Source: Schmidtea polychroa
Taxonomy: Eukaryota
Reading direction: 5' to 3'
Assembly: GCA_044892525.1 (NCBI GenBank)
Contig: CM097885.1
Span: forward strand, 127,100,001-127,164,000
DNA length: 64,000 bases
Shown: positions 50,992 to 63,409 of the stretch, one piece after another
Numbering within the stretch: position 1 is the first letter of the stretch
Layout of the letters: each line of letters starts with the position of its first letter
The notes under the pieces: model-generated
The model's database searches: none
What the model saw: only the letters and a program-made list of their open reading frames with translations
What the model was told of the DNA's origin: nothing
Position numbers and translations under genes: made by a program

Positions 50992-53900
50992 CTGAAGGCT
51001 ATGAAGAAAAGATAGATCTAGATAAGATAAACCAAATTTAGAAAATTATCATCCCAATACGACCGGTGGTTAACTATATCTGATGCTTCTATAGGACGGA
51101 CGGGGTTAGTTAATAAGAGGATTTTCCCGACGCCATCGATCTTTGTTTCCCCTGGGTTATTTATTTACGAGCAAAATAATTGGCAGCATAAGACCTCGCC
51201 TAACGAAAGTAATGTATTATTGTTAAAATGACTATTACCTATTTATGAGAAACTTTTGATGACGGAACTTTCTATAACAAGGGATGCCTAGTGTTGAATA
51301 GCGCAGGAACAAAAATTGTCTGATGACTTTATAAAAGAGAGTTATTGATTATTAATAGTTAGCAAATAAGTAAATCTATTGCAATTAATTTTCAATTATA
51401 ATGTTAAACTTTAGAAATTCCAACAATGTGGATTTGGAGTATTCAATTATCTACTGTCGATTATCTGGAGCTGGTGTTAACTCAAGTGATGACTAAGGAA
51501 TTTATTGAGTAATCGACCAACTACGACACACCAGATGAACTGTCTCACAGATCTTAGTTGTGTGAAATTGCCCACTGTTAATCGATAAACTGGAAAGCTC
51601 TACTGGATGTGTCGGGTAGGAAATTATTTTCACATGATTGAGCTTAATTATAATCGTAGTACTGCTACTGGGTATTCACATACGGATCTTTGTGCTACAA
51701 CTGGTATATGTGTATTTGTAGGCATATGCATGTGTTCATATTCCATGAAAATTAAATCTGATTAACCTATTGGGTGAATTTTCAGATGTCGTATTGCATG
51801 GTGTTGGGTGGTCATTTCTCATGAAAATTCGAAAATAGGGAATTTCCCCGCATCACTGTAGTTGGATATAATTTACCTCGTAGATGAACTCTCCTTATTT
51901 CAAGACCTCATTACTGATCTCAACTCGTGGATGTCGATCCTCTCGGAAGTTATGTAATTGTGGATTTTCATGCGCTGTCTCCTATTCAGGTATATCGAAA
52001 TTCGTTTTCTTTTTATGTAATTAAATAAAAATTACTTGTGTATTTTGTCTTGGTTTTTCGACGATATATTGCTGATGGCATTGTGTTTTTTTATTGCCTA
52101 ACTAATCTACTACCGAAATAAGTGTACTAAACTGGATTTATTAAGAAAACTGAGTACAAGTGGATATTTCGAGACGAGGAATGACCTACGGATAGATGAT
52201 GATCACCCTATTACGGACATAACAGATCTAGACCGACAGTTGACTACCTTTTTCGTTTACGAGAATCATAATTTGGAGAATTATTGCAGATATGAAGATC
52301 TTAGACTCGCTCAGTCACTGTGATTTACTACTACTACTTTTTCTATAAATTAGATGCATTGTACTCTTTTTCTCTGAGTTTCTTGTAGGTATTTTAACTA
52401 GCCTTCAGCGACTGGACCCGTGAAGAAACCTTCACATTTTGGCCCAATCTAGCTGCGCGATTGAAATACTCCATGTCCACCGGCGGAGCTCCCGAAGGCA
52501 CCTCGCACCATGACATGGAGTATCTCAACTCCACGTTTCTCGAAAATTTTAGATTCATAAAATCATCGTTCATAAAATATTTGTTCATAATAAAAGAAAA
52601 AACATAAAACTTCTAATTAAATTCCTTTATTTCTACCCATTAAAATTACTATCTAAATTACTAAATATTAACACGGCAATCAAATGAAGAGAATTTTTTA
52701 CTCATATCAAGATTTTAATTAATATAAATCATTTCAATTACTTTTAACTTAGAAATAGGAGTAATATAAAAATAGAGAACTCCTTACCCTTGTGATCGAG
52801 GTTGAGGCTGAGTCAAAATTGCGTCGATTATAGCTTTAAAATTAGTCCGTCTAAATTGGTTGTGAAATTCAATTATCCTTGATTTACTGTGCTCTCGAAT
52901 AGTTGGATTAATTTGCTGAAGTGTTCTGGCTCTTGAATATGTTTACCTATAAAAGTTGTTGAATGAACGGTAATCTTAAAAATTTCACTTACCTATAAAA
53001 GTTGTTGAATGAACGGTAATCTTAATAATTTTTGTGCCGGTTTATATAGTGATTTTTTATTTTCGCGGACCAATCAGAATTGAGTACCGCTTATTTTATT
53101 AAATTAATTTGCTTTTTCCTTATTTCTTTGGACATTTTGCTTATTTTCTATATTTTTATTATATTTTGTATTTATTTCTTAATTCCTTGTTATTTGTTAT
53201 ATTTTTCGGCATCTTATTCGTTATCTTATTACCTTATTTTTAATTTTTCCATTTTTTATTTTTTGTTTTAATCCTTATATTTCATTTTATTATTTCTTTC
53301 ATACCTTAACTTATTTATTATTAAAATTTGTTGTCTTAGTTGATTTTATCCTCGTCCTATCTGTCTTAAATTTCGACGTTTTTCAAGGTTAAATCTTTTG
53401 ACTCAGCCCAACATAATTGTGTTAGTGATTGCGACCTTTATTTTCGTTCCTTTATTTTATCACCCGGGTCTTATTTATCATCAATGTGTTATGTACTTTA
53501 ATTTGTATTGATTGGTGTTTTAATTTAACTTGGTGCGATTTTTATGTTATGTATTTTTGATTCATTAAAACAAGCTCTCGATTCTCGGTTCCAGCCCAAC
53601 AGTGGCAATGATCAATTCATTTCAAGCTGTCTGCTGTCAGATTTGCACATCAAGACGAATCAATCACAGTGGTCGTTACTCTGGACAACCGAGTAATCTT
53701 TCTTGATCTGAGATGAAAGGGTTTTCTCGAGTCCTTCTTTGCCCATTACTTGAAAATTTGGATATTTATCTTTTTTCGACTATAAAGATAAAAAGCTGAA
53801 CATTCATATTAGAACACATATTATTAACACATATTATTATTATTGAAGACAGAAGCGACATTTCTCTAATGCATGTTTTAATCTTATGGGAGGGATTATT

Positions 53901-54668
53901 TGTTATCCTATCAATTTCCTTCCCAAACTCGGATGAATTCACTTCAATTTGTAATTAGTGGGGTCTCTGTGTGCTCCGATGTCTCTGGTTTCTCATTACC
54001 TCGGGCTTTCCATTAGCAATTAAATAATTTTTAATTAGTTGGTTATTTTATTATAACATTTATAGGGACCCCTCACAAAATTGTTATTATTGTTTCTGTA
54101 TTTGTCTTGTGATTTCGCGTTTACTTCTAAATTTTTACATTTTATAAATTTTTAATTAATTTTTTTGCACTTTTGTTATTTTGTTGTTTTTATTGATTTC
54201 TGTTCTACTTCCGTTTTATTTTGTACTCATATATATTTGAGCATTAGAAATCCTTTAAATATGGCTCAGGTTTTGCTGACAGCCACATACGGCATTAATT
54301 TCGCCTTCGACAGGCACTGAGAGATAATCAATAGTTATGTGGAGTTACGAAGGGAAGAGATATAGAAACATGAATAATGACAGGAAATAATATAGTTTAA
54401 TTATGGAATTTATAGAGTAAAAATTAAATTTATAATTGAATTGACCAAGTTTTTAAAGACAAATAAATTAATTAAATTTAAAAATGAATTAAAATATATA
54501 TATAAATATCTCATAATATATATTTTAATTTGACTTCCCAAAAAATACTTATTTCAACTATAAATTTTTGAACTTCTCGAAAAATCGAATGCAAATATGA
54601 TTTGTTTAAATATCCACTTTTAATAGAAATTGTTCAGTTTTTGTCATTGTAATATTTATCAATCGCTT

Positions 54669-55322
54669 ATGGACAATATTATTAAAGATTTGGAAGAATT
54701 AAGAACTTTATATGACATTAGTACTAGACAATTTGTGAAGGATTCTCTACTTATCCTTATTCGGAAATTGGAAACCAATATCACTGATCTTAAAGAAAAA
54801 GAATCGGTCAGTGATTTGAGTCAAAATAATGGAGACTCAAGTAGTAGGTATAAACAACAGTTGGTGAATTATAAGATCAGCACATATGCATATGATCAAA
54901 GTGATAAATTTTTTAAAATTATAATTACAAAAGACATGAATGGTATTCAATTACATCCGGACGAGAAATTGATGGCAACATTTACTGAAAATTCGTTTAA
55001 ATTTATCATCAGTGAATTTAAGAATGCTAATTATGAATTGTCTATTAACCATTTGTATGGATCTATAATTCCAAATGAATCATTCATCAAGAAAAAGAAT
55101 GATATGATTATTGTGATGCTTAGAAAGAAATCTTCCAATTCGTGGTCCCATGTGTCTAAGAAAAGTGAAAAGCCAGAAATTAAAACTCCAAAGTTAGATA
55201 AAGAGAAAGATCCTAATGAATCATTAATGGATATGATGAAACAAATGTATGAAGATGGAGATGATGAAATGAAACGAACAATTGCTAAAGCATGGACTGA
55301 AAGCAAGAATAAAAATTCTTAA
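54669..55322 (+). CDS. CACYBP: Calcyclin-binding / Siah-interacting protein, intronless, 217 aa
   Basis: N-terminal DLEELRTL helix, CS domain (STYAYDQSDKFFKI) and SGS domain (DPNESLMDMMKQMYEDGDDEMKRTIAKAWTES); uninterrupted frame. Confidence 0.9.
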   Translation: MDNIIKDLEELRTLYDISTRQFVKDSLLILIRKLETNITDLKEKESVSDLSQNNGDSSSRYKQQLVNYKISTYAYDQSDKFFKIIITKDMNGIQLHPDEKLMATFTENSFKFIISEFKNANYELSINHLYGSIIPNESFIKKKNDMIIVMLRKKSSNSWSHVSKKSEKPEIKTPKLDKEKDPNESLMDMMKQMYEDGDDEMKRTIAKAWTESKNKNS

Positions 55323-55859
55323 TAATTAATACATTTTTAGTTTAAACTTGTTATTTTCAATTTGAAACGTTTATTTAATTTACAATTTCTATGATGAAAA
55401 ATGTAGAACTGTAGTTATTGATCTTTTTATACTGATTCCGTTTATATTTTATAAAAAAGCACTTGAAATATTTTCATGATCTATTATTAACAATCAAACA
55501 TTAGGTTCTGTATTTCTTTAATTTTATAAAAATGCTAATTCGTGTGAAATTTATATAAGGACCTCATTTTATAATAATATATTCCATTATTCTAAATTTC
55601 ACATGGTTTTATAAAAGTGTGTGATTGAACATACTTCTATTCATGATACAGCTTTCTTTAAAAGCTTGTCGAACGAACTCCTGATTTTCACATTGACCGA
55701 AATGAGACAAGCCACAGACGATGATAAATAATCGCAATTTTTTCCCAAGAATATACTCAACGAAAGCTACACAATAACAATCATTGTAAAAGATTTAAGA
55801 AAAGCATTTTCAAAACGAGAAATAAGGCAAATCACTGCTCAGAATTTTGAAAGTAACGC

Positions 55860-56395
55860 TAAATAAAATTTTTTATTTACTATAGAGGCTATTATTATAA
55901 AGCTTAAATAAATTTCTATAAAGCTCGCTAGTAGAATTAGCACGCAACTGTGTGTCTTTGTCAATATATAATTTAAAAATTGGTGCTTGCTTAAATTTAA
56001 TGGCTCGATGAACATTCACAACGACTACACCCAATTCAATATAAATTTTGAGAAGTTTCCAATGAAGAACATGATTTTTCTTAGGCCAATACATGAGCCT
56101 CAACTTCTTAACTTTCGAACCGGGTGGCCATATCTTTTCCGTAGCAAGAGGGAAATCATTCAAATAATCATGCAACTGATCAGGGATATTAATATCAACT
56201 TCCATAGTATAACCATATGGAAACTTGTAATATCTGAATTTATACATTCATGTAATACAGATTCATGATTATTATAGACCCAAGTAAAATCTGCATACGG
56301 AAAATTTTCGCTAGGAACCTAATCATATAGATTATTAATATCAATATATAATAATTATGTATTCTCTGAAGTTGTTATATAATGTTTGTTAAACA
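55860..56395 (-). pseudogene. Polinton/Maverick-type protein-primed DNA polymerase B remnant (polymerase part)
   Basis: LLYIDINNLY, GYTMEVDINIPDQLHDYLNDFPLA and HRAIKFKQ...FKLYNNSLYSK. Confidence 0.75.
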
Positions 56396-56825
56396 AATGT
56401 TAACCCACCTCGTTCTCGTCACTCGTAAAAATTGAACATTGTCCTGCAAAAGTTATATAGGCTCCTGTGATGTCATGAGTGTTGATGCCGATGACATACC
56501 AGGAACGCCGTAGACATTCAGAGATTCAAGACCATTGTATGCAATGACCTTTGCGCGGAATTGTTGGAAATAATCAACCAAGAGAAATACATCCAATTTA
56601 AGATAATTTCAAACGTAGTCCAACGTCCCGCAAATTGAAAAGACGATCGTACTTTGAATGAGAGAATTAAATTGGCGAATTGTAGTGTGCAATGTATTAA
56701 TTAATAAATAATTTTATTAGAGTTTTGATTTTGTAAATACGAAGGATGAGTTGTGTGAACGATGAAGTAGATGATTGTGGATTGATGGTGTCGAGGCACG
56801 AGAATTTTGGTGAGCAATGAAATAA

Positions 56826-57054
56826 TAAGTTCGACAGCTGGAGACACAAGTAAATCAGAGTGTCGTCGACCAGGGAAGTCGGACGCAGGCCTTCTATCGG
56901 AAGTCCGTGAATCCGCACGAATGCTTGCCGACTATAGTATAATAAAGTATGGTCACTTTTCGCTGGCACTCACCCACTTGTTACAGTTCAAACGTTTATC
57001 ATTCAACGGGTATCAAGCGGTACCGCATTCTTGTATTTTGGGTTATGCTGGAAA
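56826..57054 (+). repeat. 229-bp direct repeat, left copy (putative TSD)
   Basis: TAAGTTCGACAGC...GCTGGAAA, repeated at 63410-63638. Confidence 0.9.
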
Positions 57055-58389
57055 TCGGTGGGTCCTCAATGGAGAAAAAGAGAAGTTTATCGCAAAAGCC
57101 AGGAGGCAGAAGACGCGATACCAATAAAGCCTCCAGACTACGATAAAATTATCTTTAATAGCTCCAATATTTACCTTTACCTTAGACATCTGGACCAGTT
57201 TAACAGAATGGATAGAAAAGGATTTGAACCGAAATCATATGCGGATGCGGTTCAGACAAACACCGTGAGGAGGACGCCAACACCTTGGCACCACCAGTCC
57301 GGAAATATCTCCTCTCCGAAGATTGACACCTGGACACATTCTGCTAAAGGACGTCCAAATCAGAGCACCCGCAGATCTTACAAAGATAAAAATATTGGGA
57401 GAATGACTCCCAATATCCGAAAACAATACCACCTACCCGGCTCTGATACTAATAACAGGAAGCCCTCTAAAATAGAGGAAGAGCGGGCATACTGCCCTGC
57501 TAGAGTGATTTACTTAAAATCACATAAAAACGGTACTTATGATCAAAATTGTAGTAGTAATTTAATTTATAATAACTCTTACTATAATAATTATTTTAAA
57601 ACTAATAAGAGCACCCCCCCCCAATCTTCTTTCCCATACAAAAGAGACAAACCAATTTTTAATAATCTTAATAAGGATAAAACCAACTCTAATTTTAAAA
57701 ACTCTAATAACGTGGAAAACTTAGATAAAACTAAACCTAATTTTACTTCAAAAAAATCAAATATTAATTTTTCTAATTTTAAAAAATCAAATAACGTGGA
57801 AAATTTTAATAAAACTAAAAATAATTTTATTTCAAAAAAATCCAATATTAATTTCTCAAATAATTTATTTAACAAACCAAATTTTATTACAAAAGAACCC
57901 AATATTAATTTTTCAAATAACTTAAATAATAAATCTAATTTTATTTCAAATAAATCCAATAACAAATCTGATGACATTTCTGATAAAATGCTTAATAAAA
58001 AGTTTCACAATTTCCTCAAAAACAGAATTGGGGAAGTTGGGAAATTTTTAATTCCTAATATTTCAAACATTAACCTAAAAAAATTTAAAAATGTAATTTT
58101 TAATCTTATTAATCCAAATATTGAGGCTATTTATTCAAAGTCTTTTACTTTGTTTAAATATTCTCAATATAACACCCCTTTTTACCTCAAAAATTTTTCT
58201 TTAATGTACACTAATTATTTAAATTGTCACAAGATTACTCCCGCCGTTTCCCAGTGCTTAGGAGAATCACTCCTATATAACATTCATAGAACTGGGCAGA
58301 AATCGGTGGGTCCTCAATGGAGAAAAAGAGAAGTTTATCGTAAAAGCCAGGAGGCAGAAGACGCGATACCAATAAAGCCTCCAGACTAA
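57031..58389 (+). CDS. Asn/Lys-rich ORF at the 5' end of the non-LTR element (first ATG at 57208)
   Basis: Open frame with SYADAVQ; bounded by 90-bp direct repeats at 57051-57140 and 58299-58388. Confidence 0.55.
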   Translation: MYFGLCWKSVGPQWRKREVYRKSQEAEDAIPIKPPDYDKIIFNSSNIYLYLRHLDQFNRMDRKGFEPKSYADAVQTNTVRRTPTPWHHQSGNISSPKIDTWTHSAKGRPNQSTRRSYKDKNIGRMTPNIRKQYHLPGSDTNNRKPSKIEEERAYCPARVIYLKSHKNGTYDQNCSSNLIYNNSYYNNYFKTNKSTPPQSSFPYKRDKPIFNNLNKDKTNSNFKNSNNVENLDKTKPNFTSKKSNINFSNFKKSNNVENFNKTKNNFISKKSNINFSNNLFNKPNFITKEPNINFSNNLNNKSNFISNKSNNKSDDISDKMLNKKFHNFLKNRIGEVGKFLIPNISNINLKKFKNVIFNLINPNIEAIYSKSFTLFKYSQYNTPFYLKNFSLMYTNYLNCHKITPAVSQCLGESLLYNIHRTGQKSVGPQWRKREVYRKSQEAEDAIPIKPPD

Positions 58390-61300
58390 TAAAAATATCC
58401 ATGGACACAGGCGAAATCCCAAAACCAACCCAAACCTTAATACCACCTAGCCTGAAATCACTATATATGCAAGATCCTAATCTCTACTACTTCAACTCCA
58501 GAGGGAAATGTAGATGCAGACACCACTTACGCACACCTTTTTGTGGAGCGATCTCCATTTACAATAGGGAAAAATTGGCCCAGCACGCACTCGAAAGACA
58601 CAACATCATTATCACTGAACATTCCATCATAGACTGCGGCCAATGCAAAGGTGATGACGAACGCTACGTTATATATTCGGTTACGCACAAAGACATATAC
58701 AGACATGTCGAACAATATGTGCTCGAGATACAAAATGACAAAGATACCCTCAAAATGATATATATTAAAATCGATAAAAATAATCACCTCACATGTAATA
58801 GTCACAATAAGAATTACAAAAAATGCTTTACGACGTGGAATTGGGACACTCCATTGGCGTGTGTATGGGAACACATGTCTAAAAAACATAGGAATAGAAT
58901 CATTGATAAAAATGCCGATATATACTGTGCATGTAAGAACTGGGTCCCAATAGATGACATTATAAATCTTATAGCTCAAAGACACCCAATACCACCTAAC
59001 ACTAATAATATCCCATCAACATCACAAAATCATACCGCTGAAATGCCTGTGTCCATGGATATTAATGATAATATTTTGAACAATATTCTAAACACCCAGG
59101 AGGTGATTGCAGATAACCTTGAGATACCTGTAAACACCCCAGAGGTGCCTGGAAACACCCAGGAAGCAAAACTAACTTCTTCAGATGAAGATATAATTAA
59201 TATTGAATTTAGTAGGGATATACCAAATGATTGCTTATTCACTAATAATGTGGATAAGGAATCAGCCTGATGGTCCCAGCACACAATAAAGGCATTCGTT
59301 TACTCCTTCGCCATGAAAAAATCTACCATCTTCGTTGACCCCTTTGTTGGTAACTCTCTAATCCAGCATAATTACAAAACCTTCTTTTCTTCCTTCCCTT
59401 TCAAAGATTTCGCTGAGTGGAACGAAATCATTATGCCAATGTCAAATGGCAAAGACAACTGGTTTTTCTTCTATCTTGATAAGCGGAGACATCTTGCTGT
59501 TATAATAGATCCTTTACTTGATGATAGCCACTCCATACACTTATCTCTAGCAAATAGCATACTAAATACCATTCTTGATCTGCAAAAAATCGTCTCACCA
59601 ATCACAATTAGACTCACTAAATATGAGTACCCCCGTTGCTCTTCCTCAAACGAATCTGCCTTTTTTGTGTGCCACCTCATTAAATGCCTAATAAGAAATA
59701 CAAAATTAACTACTCCTAAAATTAATACTATGCAAAAATATATCAGAACTGTTATCGAAAACTATATTTCCCATAAAATACCTGAAGATAATATTAAAAA
59801 ATATTCCCCAATTATTAAAAGTATAATAACTAATTTAAATAATAATAATATGGACTGTGAAACAGCCCTTAATGAAATGGAAAAAATAAATTCACATATT
59901 TCTCCTGATAAATTTAAAATTAAAAAACCAGCAGACATTGTCCATAAGAGAACTAGGACTAAAAATGAACTGCTTTGTATTAAACGTTTTAAATATAAAA
60001 CTAAACCTAAAGAGGAGATAACAAAGATCTTAAATAATAAAGTTGAGTGTAGCAAACCAACTATGTCTAATATTGTGAGACTTTTCGCAGGTACTTCCGC
60101 ACACTGCAATACGGATCTTATTAAAAACCTTCCATCTTTACCGGAAAAACTCTCATCCACTCCTTTTGTCTTGAATGATATTAAACTTATTTTCTCACAA
60201 CTTCAAAACACTGCTCCAGAACTTGATGGAATCACTTTGGCTGATTGGAAAAAAATCTCGCCTGACTTCAGCTTCATTCTCTCGCTCTGTAACAACATCT
60301 TACGCAACCGCCATTGCCCATCATCCTGGAAAACTTTCCGTACGAAACTCCTACTGAAAAATGGTAAAACTGAAATCAGTCACGAGGCCAGCTCTTGGCA
60401 CCCCATCTCCTTAATGAACACTGCATATCGCATCTTCTCCTCCCTCCTAAATAACCGCCTCTTATCGTGGATTAAAGACGGTAATTTATTGACATGCAAC
60501 CAAAAAGCCATTGGTGCTCCAGATGGTTGTTCTGAGCATAACTTTATCCTACATCTTCTTAAAGAATCCTCCTTTCGTAAAAAAACTGACCTCCACATTA
60601 TATGGTTAGATATCTCTGACACCTTTGGATCGCTTCCTCATGATCTAATCAAAAACCATCTTGCTACTACAGGATATGTATAGCAACGTAAATACTATAT
60701 TTGACTGCGAGGGGGAAAAATCCTCCTCTGTACCAATTGTTAAGGGTGTAAAGCAGGGCTGTCCCCTGTCTATGACCCTCTTCTGTTTATCTATAGACTT
60801 CATACTACGTAATATCTTGCAAAATCATCCATTTCTTTTTCATGGTCATAATGTCGGCATACTTGCTTATGCGGATGACATTGTCCTTGTTGCTAATTCA
60901 TATGCCTCTATAAACGCCGCTCTTCTCGAACTGTACGTCTCGCTTCTATGGCTAACCTTCGATTCAAACCCTCTAAATCTGGTTACTTTCACATTAACCA
61001 TGATTATAATTATTCTCCTATAAAACTTTATAATGAACTTATTCCGCGAATTGATGACTCCAACCTTTATAGATATCTTGGAGTTGATTTTTCTTTCAAA
61101 CTGAGGCATAACATCGATGAAAGACTCGATAACGCGATAAAAGACACAAAGTCTATTTTCGACTCTCACCTCCATCCTTCACAAAAACCTAACGCCTATA
61201 AGATTTTTATCCACTCACGTCTTTCTTTCACCTTACGTAACTGCGAAATAGCTCACAATATGCTTGACTCTCATAAGGATAATATTATTAAATATAGAAA

Positions 61301-63409
61301 ACCCCAAAAAGGGTTTGACCAAAAAATAAAAATGATAATAAAGACTTTTATAGGTGACAGAATTATTAATATTAATAATAACTTTTTATATGCCTCAACT
61401 AAAATGGGAGGCCTTGGGCTCACATCTGCAATAGATGAATATCTGATACAGAGTATCATCCATCTCATTCGAGCCTTGAATTCTGTCGACCTTGGTTTCC
61501 GAAAACTAGTTCTTGATGAACTGGCGGAATCTCGTGGAATGGGTAATATGGAAGCCGCATTCCTATGGGTCAATGACGAGATTTCAAAATCCTTTCCTAC
61601 TTTTTCGTTCTTCGCAAAATTCCGCAAAGCATCCAATCGCCTTCGCATAAAATACGCCATACACACCAAAATAGTCTTTTTAGAAGACGAATACCAATTG
61701 GAGATAAAATTTAAGGACCGTATTAATTACTTCGTCTAACTTATCTGATACATCTTCCGAACTTCATTCAATAATAAGCCTGATACACACCGAAAGTTGG
61801 TGCCTTCTTACTTGTCAAGGACACATAGCCAAATCCATCTCTGATAGTACAACAGCAGACTACTTTATAAAAACCGATACTCTAAACGACGCCCAATTTC
61901 TTTTCCTCTTAAGGGCACGAAACAATATTCTTAACCTCAAATTTACTCCACATAGAATCAAAGGCAATTTAGGCACTCTATGCAGACAATGTGGAGCCTT
62001 TCCTGAAACACAGGCCCACATATTCAATCATTGCCCTGTAAAAATAAATGCACGGAGAAATAAACACTCGCGTGTACTTGAAGCTGTCACTGACCTCCTG
62101 ACCCAACTAAACTTCAAAATGGACATTGAAATCTGCCCCGAAGGTGTCAAAACTACACTTAAACCCGACATAATAATTAAATCGTCCAGGAACTCCCTAA
62201 TACATATCCTAGACATTAAAGTACCTTACGAAAATCGCGAAAACTTTAAAATAGCTAGGGATAATAACTTTGAAAAATATAAAAATCTGGCACTTGAAAT
62301 AGGCCACGCATATAAATGTAAAACCACAAATGCAGCCCTTGTGGTAGGTACTCTTGGATCGTGGGATAAGGAAAACGATACAAGACTTAAAATAATAGGA
62401 CTAACCAAAAAAGAGATAAAATCAATCTCAAGAGTAGCGTGCACGGCGGCCATTGTCAGTAGCTACCATACATATAGCGAGCACACATACATCGACTAAT
62501 TAATTAAACTATAATAAAAGTATTTCTTATTTATTAATCCTTATTTATTTGTCCATTATGGTAATATTATATCATCAAACCGTCACCTTTATATGTCCTA
62601 CATCTACTATATATATCGACTTATCTGTATTATATCTGTTATGATCTTTGATATCGACTATAGGTACATGTATTAAATAAAATAAATAAAATAACCTTTA
62701 TTTTTTATTTTTTTTTATAAAAATGAATTTATTTTTTCCAACACCAATAAATTAATATAAATAATTTATTTAATATAAATAAACTAATATAAATAAAATA
62801 AATAAACTAATAAACATAAATATACATCTTAATAATATAATAATATATAAATCTCGTTATATTGATAAATATATAGTACTTTTAGTTATTGCTGAAAGGG
62901 TTGATGTAGGGACTCTTGTAGGAGTCCCGCCCATTTAGCAATATGGTAAAGGTACTATCAGTTTGGTACCTGTAGGAGTCTTTGTAAAGGCTCCGCCCAA
63001 CTGGTGGTACCATTTTGCGTTCATATCATTACTATAATCATTCCTTCCTAATTGCCACATTCTGTATATAATATAATACTGTATCTATATTAACGCTACA
63101 ACAATCGCAAATGGAGTCTTTCCACTCCGAAAAAAAAATTACTAATTTTTAGAAAACAAGATTTAGCTAATCAGATAGAGGCATTGAATGCCCAAAGCCT
63201 ATCCTAATCTGAAATAATAAACTCATCAAACAACAACCAACGTCCAATTGCGGGAGTTTTCAACTCCAGCAATAGAAGAATTGAAGTACTAAGAATCAAG
63301 AAAAATTAAGTGGCGGGAAGTTCCCCCCTTCGGTCTTATGGCCAGTCAGAAATTTACTAAAATAAAATTTGATTTTTTTTTTTTTTTTTTTTTTAAAGCG
63401 CTCAGGCCC
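57055..63409 (+). mobile_element. NeSL-like RLE-clade non-LTR retrotransposon, defective
   Basis: Domain order ZnF, Ulp1-like, RT, CCHC, RLE; long 3' region ending in T22; flanked by the 229-bp repeats. Confidence 0.88.
58401..62499 (+). pseudogene. RLE-type polyprotein: atypical zinc fingers, Ulp1-like domain, RT, CCHC and restriction-like endonuclease
   Basis: Stop at 59268 and frameshifts near 60670, 60945 and 61735. Motifs WHPISLMNTAYRIF, DTFGSLPH, VKQGCPLS, LAYADD, YRYLGV, GGLGL, CRQCGAFPETQAHIFNHC and LKPDIII...ILDIKVPYE. Confidence 0.9.

Larger units (their letters stand above)
47162..53413 (-). mobile_element. Solo LTR D (6.25 kb including a nested module)
   Basis: TGTTGGGG...CAGCCCAACA termini; exact TSD TAAT; U5 block at 47330-47420; TATA near 53041-53048. 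Confidence 0.85.
22600..53601 (-). mobile_element. Giant-family element E, the host of A and D; own sequence about 22600-25976, 46340-47157 and 53414-53601
   Basis: LTR start CAGCCCAACA at 53601; sequence is continuous across the D (TAAT) and A (CAAG) TSDs; decayed minus-strand coding at 24000-25600; 3' end not found. Confidence 0.5.

Noticed and set aside
53880-54287. Possible additional LTR start (CAGCCACA at 54287)
   Set aside because: Terminus differs from the family consensus, and no partner end or TSD was found.
57591-57977. Leucine-rich-repeat-like minus-strand ORF
   Set aside because: Antisense shadow of the Asn/Lys-rich repeats.
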